DNA of 37,386 nt. Origin: Candidatus Fervidifonticultor secundus. Lineage in GTDB: Bacteria; Sysuimicrobiota; Sysuimicrobiia; Sysuimicrobiales; Humicultoraceae. Positions within the stretch are counted from its first letter, which is position 1, and every line of letters starts with the position of its first letter. Position numbers and translations under genes: made by a program. The notes beneath the pieces are model-generated. The model was not told the origin of the DNA. It did not search any database and saw only the letters and a program-made list of their open reading frames with translations. Location of the stretch: positions 1 to 37,386 of the forward strand of contig JAVKIP010000025.1 in assembly GCA_031459385.1 (NCBI GenBank), read 5' to 3'. Positions 7,821-16,352 of the stretch are shown one piece after another.

Positions 7821-8710
7821 CAGTCATCGCCTCCCGCCGATTCGTCGTCGCCCACATGACCCGCCGACCCTGCGGTGTCCACGTACCATGCCGGCCGTCC
7901 TCGTTCGACGATCCGGCGTGCCGTCGGCCAGCACCGCCGGGTATACGAACAATACGCGCACTGCACGGGCAGCCGCTGGCGGCCGTCGGGGCATGTCGTC
8001 GGACGGTGCGCACGGTCGGGTAACAGGTCGGGCGTGCTGTCGCGCACCTGCGCGGCGCGCGCAAAGGCCTGCTCGACCAGGGCGTCGTCATACGGCAAGA
8101 CCCATTCCCCGAGCTCGCCCGTCAGGCCGCGCAGCGCCACTAGCACCGTGGCGCGTACGTCGATGCCCGCCTCGCGCCACGCCGCCACCTCCAGGCTGGC
8201 CTGCGTGCGGTATCCCCAGGTGTCGTCGGGGCCGCCATCGCGCTTGGCCTGGTCGTAAGACGCTTCGGCCATCTTCTTGACCTCGACGTTGTACCAGGCG
8301 CCGCCAACGTGCAGCACGGCGTCGGGCCAGCAGCCGAACGACAACCCGTTGCGGCTGACCCGCATGCGCTCGGTGTCCAGCAGCAGTTCGTCGGGGGCGG
8401 CCAGGTCGCAGCCAGCCGCCTTCGCCAGGGCGAGCACGGCAAGTTCGGCGATGTCCCCTACGTAATAGTTCAGCACTGCCCGCGCCGGCAGCGGCGCGTC
8501 CGGGGCGACCCCGTGGTATTTGTACGCAGCTCGCCGCGCGCACCGCTGGGTCACCAACGTCGCATACAGGCGGCCCGTCATGTCTCGGTCCGGCCCCATG
8601 CGGCGACGTAGACCGTCAGTAAATCGGCGGGTCGCCCATTGCAGCACGGTCTCGTCGGGCTGGGCGCGCCTGCTGTTGTCCAGATAGTCCCGGATTCTGT
8701 CGGCGATCAT
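7817..8710 (-). CDS. Cas4-like PD-(D/E)xK exonuclease
   Basis: CARRAAY...WPDAV...NVEVKK...YRTQ...CAYCSYTRRCW (Fe-S cysteines); start MIADRIR is coupled to the HNH stop. Confidence 0.8.
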   Translation of the reverse strand: MIADRIRDYLDNSRRAQPDETVLQWATRRFTDGLRRRMGPDRDMTGRLYATLVTQRCARRAAYKYHGVAPDAPLPARAVLNYYVGDIAELAVLALAKAAGCDLAAPDELLLDTERMRVSRNGLSFGCWPDAVLHVGGAWYNVEVKKMAEASYDQAKRDGGPDDTWGYRTQASLEVAAWREAGIDVRATVLVALRGLTGELGEWVLPYDDALVEQAFARAAQVRDSTPDLLPDRAHRPTTCPDGRQRLPVQCAYCSYTRRCWPTARRIVERGRPAWYVDTAGSAGHVGDDESAGGDDW

Positions 8711-9057
8711 GGCTGCTGGCGCCTGCGGCGCTGTGCCGTCAGCTGTGCGTGACACCACGCACAGACCGCCTGCAGGTTGTGTGAGTCGTGGGTGCCTCCG
8801 TCTGCCAGGGCGACAATGTGGTGGACCTGGGTGGCTGGCCTGCGCCTGCACCGGACGCATATGGGCGACCGACGCAACGTCTCTGCCCGAATGCGCGGCC
8901 AGGTGGCGTCGTACCCGCGCTCGGGCGCGGGCGGCCGCCGCGCCTCCGCTTCCTGGCGGACCCTGCGCGCATGCAGCGGGCAGTACCGGCCGTCCCGGAC
9001 GATGACCGGGCATCCCGGCCACCCGCACGGACGAGACCACACCCTACGACGCCCCAC
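8707..9057 (-). CDS. HNH endonuclease (HK97 gp74-like)
   Basis: RPCGWPGC...YCPLH...RGYDATW...CVRC...VHHIVALADGGTHDSHNLQAVCAWCH. Confidence 0.85.
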   Translation of the reverse strand: MGRRRVWSRPCGWPGCPVIVRDGRYCPLHARRVRQEAEARRPPAPERGYDATWPRIRAETLRRSPICVRCRRRPATQVHHIVALADGGTHDSHNLQAVCAWCHAQLTAQRRRRQQP

Positions 9058-9334
9058 GGTCAGCGCCCTGCTGTTCAGCAATTCGCTCGCCCTGCTGTTC
9101 AGCAATTCGCTCGCCCAGCCAGTCCAATACGGTCAGACCCAGCATCTGGGCCAGCGTCAGCCCGCACAGGCTAGCCAGGCTGTCAATCAGTGCCCACGCC
9201 CCACCAGGCAAGGTCACGACGACGCGTCTGCTTTGACGGTCGCCTCTTGCGCCCGCCAGAACGCGAGGCGCGCGGCGGCGGCGGTAGCCAGTCCGGCGGA
9301 ATCGCGCCGGGCGGCCACCGCGAGGGTCTCCCAT
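9044..9334 (-). CDS. possible ribbon-helix-helix protein (start uncertain)
   Basis: RRVVVTLPGGAWALIDSLASLCGLTLAQML resembles CopG/RHH; overlaps the upstream ORF. Confidence 0.35.
   Translation of the reverse strand: MGDPRGGRPARFRRTGYRRRRAPRVLAGARGDRQSRRVVVTLPGGAWALIDSLASLCGLTLAQMLGLTVLDWLGERIAEQQGERIAEQQGADRGAS
9064..9116. repeat. 24-bp tandem duplication CGCCCTGCTGTTCAGCAATTCGCT
   Basis: Exact copies at 9064-9087 and 9088-9111 (encodes GERIAEQQ twice). Confidence 0.9.
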
Positions 9335-9494
9335 CCAGCACCCCCAGCTTGTCTATGCGGTGATACCACGCGCGAATGGTGGCCCACGACCAGCCTTCTG
9401 CCCGCAAGGCCATGGCCTGTTCGACACGCGTCATCCGACGGGCCCGGTCCCACACGGCCGCGAATGCCTCGCGCGGGGTCGGCGGGCGGCTCAT
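9183..9494 (-). CDS. hypothetical protein
   Basis: MSRPPTPREAF... with an ATGA overlap to the NinG-like gene. Confidence 0.5.
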   Translation of the reverse strand: MSRPPTPREAFAAVWDRARRMTRVEQAMALRAEGWSWATIRAWYHRIDKLGVLDGRPSRWPPGAIPPDWLPPPPRASRSGGRKRRPSKQTRRRDLAWWGVGTD

Positions 9495-9796
9495 CGTACA
9501 CCCCGCGCCATCGCCATCAGCCGGGCCCACCTGTCCGGCCCCAGCCGCGCGCGCATCAGGTTTGTGAACTCGGTCTGCTTGCGGGCGTCCAAATATTGGT
9601 GGCACCCGTAGCACAGCGAAATACAGTTGTCAGGATCCTGCCGGAGCGCGCGGACCGACCGACCCACAAAGTGCGCACAGTGCAAGCCGCGGCTGCCGGG
9701 GGCAAACTGGCGGCCGCAGCGCTGACACGTCCATCGGTCGCGTTCGCGCACCAGTCGCGACAGCTCTCGGTCAGCAGCGGTGCGCCGGATTTTCAT
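9491..9796 (-). CDS. NinG/Rap-like recombination endonuclease
   Basis: ADRELSRLVRERD..CQRC...HCAHFVGRS..ALR.DPDNCISLCYGCH. Confidence 0.8.
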   Translation of the reverse strand: MKIRRTAADRELSRLVRERDRWTCQRCGRQFAPGSRGLHCAHFVGRSVRALRQDPDNCISLCYGCHQYLDARKQTEFTNLMRARLGPDRWARLMAMARGVR

Positions 9797-9935
9797 CGAG
9801 CCGTTCACACGCGCCGCCGCAGCGGCGGCACCGCACGCCGATAATCGTGTGGATGACCGCCACCTCCGATGCGACGGCACCGCAGGCGCGGCAGACATAG
9901 TCGGGCCACACGCGCGGCGCGGGTGGTGCAGTCAT
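9771..9935 (-). CDS. small zinc-ribbon protein
   Basis: YVCRACG...VRCRRCGG; coupled start. Confidence 0.55.
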   Translation of the reverse strand: MTAPPAPRVWPDYVCRACGAVASEVAVIHTIIGVRCRRCGGACERLDENPAHRC

Positions 9936-10174
9936 GGATGGGCGCCCGGAGCGTACCGGGCGCGCAGGGCGGCTGCCCATATCGGAGCGAACACCTCCGG
10001 ATGCTGGAGCTGGTAGCTGACGCCGATGGCGCGCAGGTGCTCGCACGTCACCCGCCACCGCCACCGCCGTAACTCCGTCCACCAGTCGGGGACGACGCGG
10101 CGGGCCGGCGTCCACCAATCATCGGGCCATTCCTGTGCGAAAATGTACCACCATGCCCAGGTCTGACTGTTCAC
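9932..10174 (-). CDS. hypothetical Trp-rich protein
   Basis: 80-aa ORF with coupled start and stop. Confidence 0.55.
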   Translation of the reverse strand: MNSQTWAWWYIFAQEWPDDWWTPARRVVPDWWTELRRWRWRVTCEHLRAIGVSYQLQHPEVFAPIWAAALRARYAPGAHP

Positions 10175-10401
10175 GGTCTCTCACCCCCGGACAGCACGCG
10201 GCGCAACACGTCGCGCAGCCGCGTGCGCCGCGGCCGCGACATATGCACTGCCAGAGCCTGCTCCCACAAGTAATAGCCCGCGCCCTCGTCGACGAAAACT
10301 GGCCGCAGCAGGCGCCGGCGATGGGCCCAGTACCTCCAGGTGCACAGCGGCCGGCCCGTCAGGCGCGCGATCTCGGCTAGCGTGAAGACGACCTGTTCCA
10401 T
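10171..10401 (-). CDS. HTH DNA-binding protein (excisionase/MerR-like)
   Basis: VFTLAEIARLTGRPLCTWRYWAHRRRL. Confidence 0.6.
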   Translation of the reverse strand: MEQVVFTLAEIARLTGRPLCTWRYWAHRRRLLRPVFVDEGAGYYLWEQALAVHMSRPRRTRLRDVLRRVLSGGERP

Positions 10402-10907
10402 TTGCGCACCAGCTGCTGGGCAGCGGGCATGTACGGCCGGTGGCGGCCCCGGCGGTAGGCGGTCCACGGCGACCACCCTCTGGAGGCGTACAGCGTGCGC
10501 GCAAACCGCGAAGAGCAGTGATACTGCTGGGCGCACGCGACCGAAATGGGGTGGACCGCGATGTTGATCTGCAGGGGGCCGACTGACACTTCGCCGGCGC
10601 CGCGGTGGACGGCGTCGCGCCGGCAGCCGGACTCGGCGGCCGCGATGGCAACGAGGGTAGGCCAGGTATGGTCAGGCCATCCCGTGTGGACCGCCGATTC
10701 CACGACGAGCTCACACCCCGGCCGACCCGTAATGGGGTCAACCCACGCGGGCAGGCGCGCGGGCAGACGCGCAGCGGCATGCCCCGGGACAGGCCAGCAG
10801 GCCACGACGGCGGCCAGCACACAGCCTGCCACGCGGTAGCCCACCGCGCCTCCCACGTTGGCACGTTCGTAACACGTCGGGGCCGACATGTCAATACCGA
10901 ACATCAA
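10377..10907 (-). CDS. secreted lytic transglycosylase (SLT/lysozyme-like)
   Basis: Signal-like N-terminus; AIAAAESG...GPLQIN...GWSPWTAY. Confidence 0.8.
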   Translation of the reverse strand: MMFGIDMSAPTCYERANVGGAVGYRVAGCVLAAVVACWPVPGHAAARLPARLPAWVDPITGRPGCELVVESAVHTGWPDHTWPTLVAIAAAESGCRRDAVHRGAGEVSVGPLQINIAVHPISVACAQQYHCSSRFARTLYASRGWSPWTAYRRGRHRPYMPAAQQLVRKWNRSSSR

Positions 10908-11254
10908 GGGTCTTCCGCGCCAAACAGCCAGGCATCCAGCAGCCTGGCCGCCACCTCTGCGCGCAGGGCCCGCGACTCATACAGCGCCAGCTCCCACCGA
11001 TACACGCGATCGTGACGGTCGCGGTGGTCCTGGCAGCGCAGGTGCAGGTAAGCGTGGATGAGTTCGTGGATGGCCGTCTGGATGACCTCCCGCGCGCCCC
11101 CGGTGTGCCCGGCGCGCCCGACGACGACCACCTCGCCGTCGTAGTACCCCAGCACGTCCATGCCGTCCACGCGCGCCCGGTCCACCACCCGCACGCGCGT
11201 ATGGCGCAGCAGCTCACGCAGTTGGGCGACTGTCGGGGGCGTCGGGCGCGGCAT
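10904..11254 (-). CDS. small HExxH zincin-like metallopeptidase
   Basis: VLGYYDG...QTAIHELIHAYLH; start MPRPTP. Confidence 0.7.
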   Translation of the reverse strand: MPRPTPPTVAQLRELLRHTRVRVVDRARVDGMDVLGYYDGEVVVVGRAGHTGGAREVIQTAIHELIHAYLHLRCQDHRDRHDRVYRWELALYESRALRAEVAARLLDAWLFGAEDP

Positions 11255-11660
11255 CGCTACTGGACGGGATGGCAACAAGCTCGGGCTGGCGCGCCCATTC
11301 CTCGCGCGCCCGCGTGAGGTCGTACCCGATATCCACGTGGACCGGGTCGCGCTGCATGAAGCGGCCGCCCCAGCGCAGGCCCATCTGCTCGGCCAGCAGG
11401 CCCGCCTCGTCGCGCTCAGCGCCGCTGGCAGCGGCGTAGTCGACCGCGAGCCCGTAGTTATGCAGCGACCGGCCCGGGGGCGCCGCGGGCAGGCCCGTCC
11501 GCCCGCGGCGCAACCACCGCAGGTACAACGCGCGCTGGGTTTCCATGTCGCGATACGATGACACGATCCAGACGCGCAGCCCCTCGTCGCGGCACCGGCG
11601 CAGCCAGGCAATGACGCGCGGGGCGAATGCGGGATGACACCGATGGATGTCGCCAGGCAC
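11214..11660 (-). CDS. endolysin, peptidase M15 family
   Basis: SSYRDMETQRALY...AAPPGRSLHNYGLAVD...WGGRF..RDPVHVD. Confidence 0.85.
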   Translation of the reverse strand: MPGDIHRCHPAFAPRVIAWLRRCRDEGLRVWIVSSYRDMETQRALYLRWLRRGRTGLPAAPPGRSLHNYGLAVDYAAASGAERDEAGLLAEQMGLRWGGRFMQRDPVHVDIGYDLTRAREEWARQPELVAIPSSSDAAPDAPDSRPTA

Positions 11661-11683
11661 GGTGCGCCCCCGGGGTCGGGATC

Positions 11684-11860
11684 CTACCCCTGCCGTGCGC
11701 CTGCGTACCGGTTCCACAGGGCCACTGCCACCAGCGCCACAATGGTCCGGTACGGCTCGTCCAGAGGCACGTGTGCGTACGCCGCCACGACGTACGCGAC
11801 GGCTGCGGTCAGCGCGGCTTTCAGCGCGCCGGCAGCCGTCGTGCGCAGCCAGTCTCCCAT
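11684..11860 (-). CDS. putative holin
   Basis: 58 aa with two hydrophobic segments, directly upstream of the endolysin. Confidence 0.55.
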   Translation of the reverse strand: MGDWLRTTAAGALKAALTAAVAYVVAAYAHVPLDEPYRTIVALVAVALWNRYAGARQG

Positions 11861-11879
11861 GTCAGGCCACCCCCTTTCG

Positions 11880-12191
11880 TTACAGAATGGGCCGACCCAG
11901 TAGTCGAGACACAAAGTGCAGCCACAGCCACGTCACCCACCCCGCGACGACCCACCGTGGGACCTCGGCTACCAGCGCCGCCGTCAGCGTCGGTGTGCGC
12001 GGGTCAGCGTCCAGCGCCGCGGCGACGTCTAGGCCCAGCGTGACGACGACCAGAGCATAAAAGATGCTGACGACCACGCGGTTCCACACAGAGTAGTCCA
12101 CGGGAGGCGCCGGCGCCCCCCGCAGCTGTGCTATGACGGCAACCGCCGCGACCAGCGCGCACCCGCCCACCTGCCACCATGCGTCCTTCAT
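11880..12191 (-). CDS. membrane protein (about 3 TM)
   Basis: MKDAWWQVGG... with three hydrophobic stretches. Confidence 0.6.
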   Translation of the reverse strand: MKDAWWQVGGCALVAAVAVIAQLRGAPAPPVDYSVWNRVVVSIFYALVVVTLGLDVAAALDADPRTPTLTAALVAEVPRWVVAGWVTWLWLHFVSRLLGRPIL

Positions 12192-12198
12192 GGGCCGA

Positions 12199-12630
12199 TC
12201 ACCCACGCTGTGCCAACTGTTTTCGGAATTCCTGACGCTCCCAATACCGCAGCACAGCGACCGCCGCCCGGTCAAACGACGCCCGGCCCACCGGGATCAC
12301 CGCGCGCAGCAGGGCGCGGGCTGACGCCCCCTGCACGCAGACGTGGACGCGCGGCCGCCACGACTGCCGCAGCCGGTACCGCCTGCCGCGCGAGTACGAC
12401 CATCGCCGGCGCGCCCGGGTCCGCACGACGCAGTACCGCAGCCCCGCCGCGTCCAGCAGCTCGCACAGCGGCTGTGGCCGCACCTCCACCAGCGTGAAGG
12501 CCACGTATGCCACCAGCCCGCCACGCACGACCTGGCGGCGGATCGCCCCGTATCGGTAGGCCCACCGGGCTAGCTGCCCGGCCAGACCTCCACACGCACC
12601 TGCGGGATCCGGGTATGCAGCCACGCGCAC
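12199..12630 (-). CDS. hypothetical basic protein (start uncertain)
   Basis: Fills the gap between the flanking genes on the coding strand. Confidence 0.45.
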   Translation of the reverse strand: MRVAAYPDPAGACGGLAGQLARWAYRYGAIRRQVVRGGLVAYVAFTLVEVRPQPLCELLDAAGLRYCVVRTRARRRWSYSRGRRYRLRQSWRPRVHVCVQGASARALLRAVIPVGRASFDRAAVAVLRYWERQEFRKQLAQRG

Positions 12631-13349
12631 ACAGACCCGACCTGGCCCTCAGGGCCCAGTTTGCGCCGGACGGCATAGTCCGGGCCCCGCAGGTAATGGC
12701 CACAGCGCAGCCACCACACCGGGCGCGACCCGTCGGGGGTCTGCACGTTCACCAACAACGCCGCTAGCTGGTGGGAGTGCCCCAGCGCGTATATGTCCAC
12801 GCCGTGCCGGTCCATGGCCAGCCGCCCGTGGGCCGTGAACGGGTTGACGATCGGGCCCTCGCCGTGGTAGACATACACCACATATCGCAGCCGGTCGGAT
12901 ATCCGGTACACCACGTACCCAGGCCGAAATAGCGGCACGACGGGCCGGTGGGGCAGGCCCGCCTGCTGGCGGACTGCCAGGATCCGGTCCACGACCGACT
13001 CCGTGTAGTCCAGCCCCGCCCGTGCGTAGACGCGCAGCTCGTGGTTCCCGGGATGCAGAACATCCACCGCCAGGCCCGCCATCAGCTCGGCGAACATCTG
13101 GCGCTGGGGCTCGGGCGGGATCTGCTGGCTCCACAGCGCGCCGGATCGCGTCACCCTATCCGTGGCCCCCACCTGCTCGGGGCCGTCCCCCAGATGGATG
13201 ACGCGCGCACCCAGCTGGCGCGCCCGCTCGACATGGGCCAACAGCGACTCCAGATCGCATCTGTCGTGGCCCAGGTGCCAATCCCCCGTCAGCCAGACGG
13301 GGACCTCGTCGGTGCCCGTGTCAACGTCAAACGTGACGACGGGATCCAT
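12570..13349 (-). CDS. calcineurin-like metallophosphoesterase
   Basis: GDWHLG, HLGD, GNHE, HG and GHSH motifs. Confidence 0.85.
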   Translation of the reverse strand: MDPVVTFDVDTGTDEVPVWLTGDWHLGHDRCDLESLLAHVERARQLGARVIHLGDGPEQVGATDRVTRSGALWSQQIPPEPQRQMFAELMAGLAVDVLHPGNHELRVYARAGLDYTESVVDRILAVRQQAGLPHRPVVPLFRPGYVVYRISDRLRYVVYVYHGEGPIVNPFTAHGRLAMDRHGVDIYALGHSHQLAALLVNVQTPDGSRPVWWLRCGHYLRGPDYAVRRKLGPEGQVGSVCAWLHTRIPQVRVEVWPGS

Positions 13350-13352
13350 GCT

Positions 13353-13955
13353 TTATGGGCGCGGACGGAAGACGATCATCCCCACGACCCGGCCCGATTC
13401 CACCACCAGGACCACGCCCCGGGACATGTAGGCCAGCAGGGAGTGAGTCACCCACCCGTCGTCGTCCCAGAAGACGATGGCCTGCGGCGCTCCGACCATG
13501 CGGACAGCATCGGCGACCGCAGTGCCCAGGCGGACGACGCCACCCGTGTCCAGATCCCACCGTGACGGACGCAGGCATTGCACGGCCTCCACGGTCCCCG
13601 CGGCGGGGTCGCTGAACAGGATGCTCAGCATCCCGCGCGGGTCAATTTCCCGGCGCATCCCCCCGTATGGCGTACGGACCTGCCTGGTGCGCCCGTACAC
13701 CCACCATCGACCGTACCCGCCCAGTAGTTGCGGCGGGCCCAGGCGCGCGTACACGGCCGCGGGCGTTTCACCTACCGCCACGCCGCACGCGCGCTGGCCG
13801 GGGATGACGACGTATTCGTCCTGCCCGACAGGCGGGTCCATAGCGGCGCCGCGCTGCCACGGTCGCACCCCGTAGGCCCGGGCGCCGTATGCGACCGCAA
13901 CGCCCAGCCCCACTACGGTCACGGCGGCCAACAGCCGTCTCACCCAGACGCTCAT
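13353..13955 (-). CDS. secreted or membrane-anchored protein with two similar domains
   Basis: N-terminal TM/signal; GVAVGETPAAVYARLGPP and GVVRLGTAVADAVRMVGAP are internal repeats; strong SD GGAGGGGGAGG. Confidence 0.7.
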   Translation of the reverse strand: MSVWVRRLLAAVTVVGLGVAVAYGARAYGVRPWQRGAAMDPPVGQDEYVVIPGQRACGVAVGETPAAVYARLGPPQLLGGYGRWWVYGRTRQVRTPYGGMRREIDPRGMLSILFSDPAAGTVEAVQCLRPSRWDLDTGGVVRLGTAVADAVRMVGAPQAIVFWDDDGWVTHSLLAYMSRGVVLVVESGRVVGMIVFRPRP

Positions 13956-15640
13956 GTGTTGTCCTCCCCCTCCTCCTCGTGGTGCGTGGGACCGTCCACG
14001 CGCTTGGGGCGCTGCGGGTTGGGCAGCGCCTCGCGCGGGCGGTCACCCCACAGCTGCACCAGCTCGTCATGCGTAACCTCGTCGTCAACCACCAGGCGCT
14101 GCACCAGGGCCCAGTGCAGCGCCTTGTACCGCTGCAGTAGCCGTCCGGCCTGGGACAGCGCCTCGTCGAACAGATAGCGGGTCAGCTGCGCACGCTGCGC
14201 AGCGGTCCAGGCGGGGCTGCCCCACAGCCCCCAGTCCAGTAGTTCCCGGCACCGGTCCATCATGGCGGGGTAGTCACCGCCGACGCTGCGCAGCGGCTCA
14301 CCATAGACCATGATTTCCGCAGCCCTGCCCCCCGCCGAGATCACTGTGTCCACCCACAATTCATTGAGCGAGCGCACGACCCGCTGCCTGGTCTCCTTGG
14401 ACAGCGTGTGCCCCAGGGCGTCGCCATACCGCACCACGGTCACCGACGAAATGCGATGGTCGGTCAACACCCATTGCAAGACGGCATGTCCGGCCTCGTG
14501 GACGGCGATGCGTTCTCGCTCGAGGGGGTCGACTTCGGAAATCGGATTGCGCAGGCCCACCTGCACCTCGTGCAGCGCCTGCAGCAGGTGGCGCATGTGC
14601 ACGCAGTCCGCCCCCTCGAACACGGCCACCCGCGGGGCCTCTTCGGTGACCAGGACTTTGATGTCGGCGGGGCTGACGTCAGACAGCTCGTCCACCAGTG
14701 TGTCGACGTCCACGTCGGGGGCCGCGCGGATCCGTCGCAGGTATCCCGCGACGATTTCGCGCCGCCCCGCACGGTCGGGCAGATCCACCTTGATCTGTCG
14801 GCTCAGGCGCCCGGCCCGCAGTAGCGCCGGGTCCAGCACGCCCGGAATGTTGGTGCTCCCGAACACGACCACGTGCCAGTCGGGCGGGGGTAGCGGAATG
14901 CCTAACCACCCGCATACACGCCGGCACCAGCGCTCGACGAAAAACGTATCGGCAGAGCCGTCGAGCTCGTGCAGCAGCGTGCTGAGCAGCATGGACCCGC
15001 CGCCCCCCATACCACCGACCAGCATGGCCCGCATGGACGTGCGCCGTCCGTCGGACGGGACTGCGCGCGCGGCACCGATGGCGTCGATCTCGTCCAGATA
15101 CAGCGCGCACGAGCCGTAAGCCATGGCCAGCTTTTTCGCCAGGCGGAACGTCAGAATGACGTTGAGGTTGCCGATACCGAACCACGCGCTGGACAGGCTG
15201 GACGCGTCCAGGTAAATGAACGGGATCTGCGCGCTGCCGGCGATGCACCGCGCCAGCCATGTTTTACCGGACCCCGGCGGGCCATACAGCAGCCACCCGC
15301 GCGGGGGTATGCCGCCCATCGCCCTAAACTCCCGATGGCCGCGGATGACCGTGACCCACTGCCGTGCTAGTTCCACCAGGCGCGGCTGCCCCCAGTAGTC
15401 GCGCTCCAGCGTGGGCAGGCCCGCCTGCCCCGGCAAAAAAACCTCGCGCCGCGGACGAGCCATAAAGTACACGAAGCCGAAAATTTGTCCGCCGGTCCAG
15501 AAGACGATGAACGCCGCGTAAAACGCGTACATCAGGACCGTCTGGCGGGCAAATTCGTTCGTGGCCCACAGGTGCCACAGCACAGCCAGGGCGATCCCGC
15601 CCCACAACCAGCGTCCCGCACGCCTGTACCAGCGCCTCAT
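13952..15640 (-). CDS. ftsH: FtsH-like membrane AAA+ zinc metalloprotease (M41)
   Basis: Two N-terminal TMs, Walker A GPPGSGKT, Walker B LYLDEID, SRH STN...LDPALLRAGR, HEAGH, GGRAAE, GGD; start MRRWYRR at 15640. Confidence 0.9.
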   Translation of the reverse strand: MRRWYRRAGRWLWGGIALAVLWHLWATNEFARQTVLMYAFYAAFIVFWTGGQIFGFVYFMARPRREVFLPGQAGLPTLERDYWGQPRLVELARQWVTVIRGHREFRAMGGIPPRGWLLYGPPGSGKTWLARCIAGSAQIPFIYLDASSLSSAWFGIGNLNVILTFRLAKKLAMAYGSCALYLDEIDAIGAARAVPSDGRRTSMRAMLVGGMGGGGSMLLSTLLHELDGSADTFFVERWCRRVCGWLGIPLPPPDWHVVVFGSTNIPGVLDPALLRAGRLSRQIKVDLPDRAGRREIVAGYLRRIRAAPDVDVDTLVDELSDVSPADIKVLVTEEAPRVAVFEGADCVHMRHLLQALHEVQVGLRNPISEVDPLERERIAVHEAGHAVLQWVLTDHRISSVTVVRYGDALGHTLSKETRQRVVRSLNELWVDTVISAGGRAAEIMVYGEPLRSVGGDYPAMMDRCRELLDWGLWGSPAWTAAQRAQLTRYLFDEALSQAGRLLQRYKALHWALVQRLVVDDEVTHDELVQLWGDRPREALPNPQRPKRVDGPTHHEEEGEDNT

Positions 15641-16089
15641 GGCTGTCTTTTCCCCAGCTGGCGGTGTTCGTCTACAGGATCGGGGGCGGGCCGCGGCGGC
15701 ACAGGCGCCGGACGCGCTGGCCCGGCGGCAGCCTGCCATGCGGTACGCTCGACCGCCGCGGCCACGACCCGCGCCAGCGGCTGCACCACGTCGGGCCCGA
15801 CGAACAGCCACAGCACGACGGCAATCTCCACCAGCCCCGCGGTGGGACGAGCGATCCCGAACGTGTCGGCCACCTCAGCCCAGGCGCGGCCCCGCCACGC
15901 GAACAGATCCACGAGCGCCCCCGCGATGACGGCGACGCGCGCCAGCGCATACGGCAGCGAGCTCGTGGACGCCAGGTAGCTCGCATACGCGGAGCGCCAC
16001 TCGGCCAGCGCGCGCTCGCGCTGGTTGGCATCCGGGACGTATCGGGTTAAAATCGCCAGCAGTGTGTCCAGTAGCGGCTGCGGGATCAT
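15637..16089 (-). CDS. membrane protein, possibly 3TM-holin-like
   Basis: LLDTLLAILTRYVPDANQRERALAE followed by two hydrophobic segments. Confidence 0.55.
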   Translation of the reverse strand: MIPQPLLDTLLAILTRYVPDANQRERALAEWRSAYASYLASTSSLPYALARVAVIAGALVDLFAWRGRAWAEVADTFGIARPTAGLVEIAVVLWLFVGPDVVQPLARVVAAAVERTAWQAAAGPARPAPVPPRPAPDPVDEHRQLGKRQP

Positions 16090-16352
16090 CGGCGCATCAG
16101 GGCGCTGAGGTCATGGGCTCCCATGGCGGCCAGGGCCAGTAGCGTCGCGTTCGCCGCCACCTGCACCCCCCCCCAGGGCGCGGCCAGGCCCGCTGAGCCC
16201 AGAAAATCCAGCCGGTACCACCACACCAGCGCCGCCGACAGCAGCCACGCCAGCGCCTTGGCCGCACGGGGCGGGGCCGCAGGCCACAGCACGGCTTTGC
16301 ACATTTCCACCATCGCAAACACCAGCGGGGCCGCGACGGCCAGCGCGCTCAT
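16086..16352 (-). CDS. putative holin
   Basis: 88 aa, about 3 TMs, MVEMCKA...ALAAMGAHD pattern. Confidence 0.6.
   Translation of the reverse strand: MSALAVAAPLVFAMVEMCKAVLWPAAPPRAAKALAWLLSAALVWWYRLDFLGSAGLAAPWGGVQVAANATLLALAAMGAHDLSALMRR

Noticed and set aside
12199..12630. Faint resemblance to a single LAGLIDADG endonuclease domain
   Set aside because: No acidic catalytic motif is visible; cannot be supported without a profile search.
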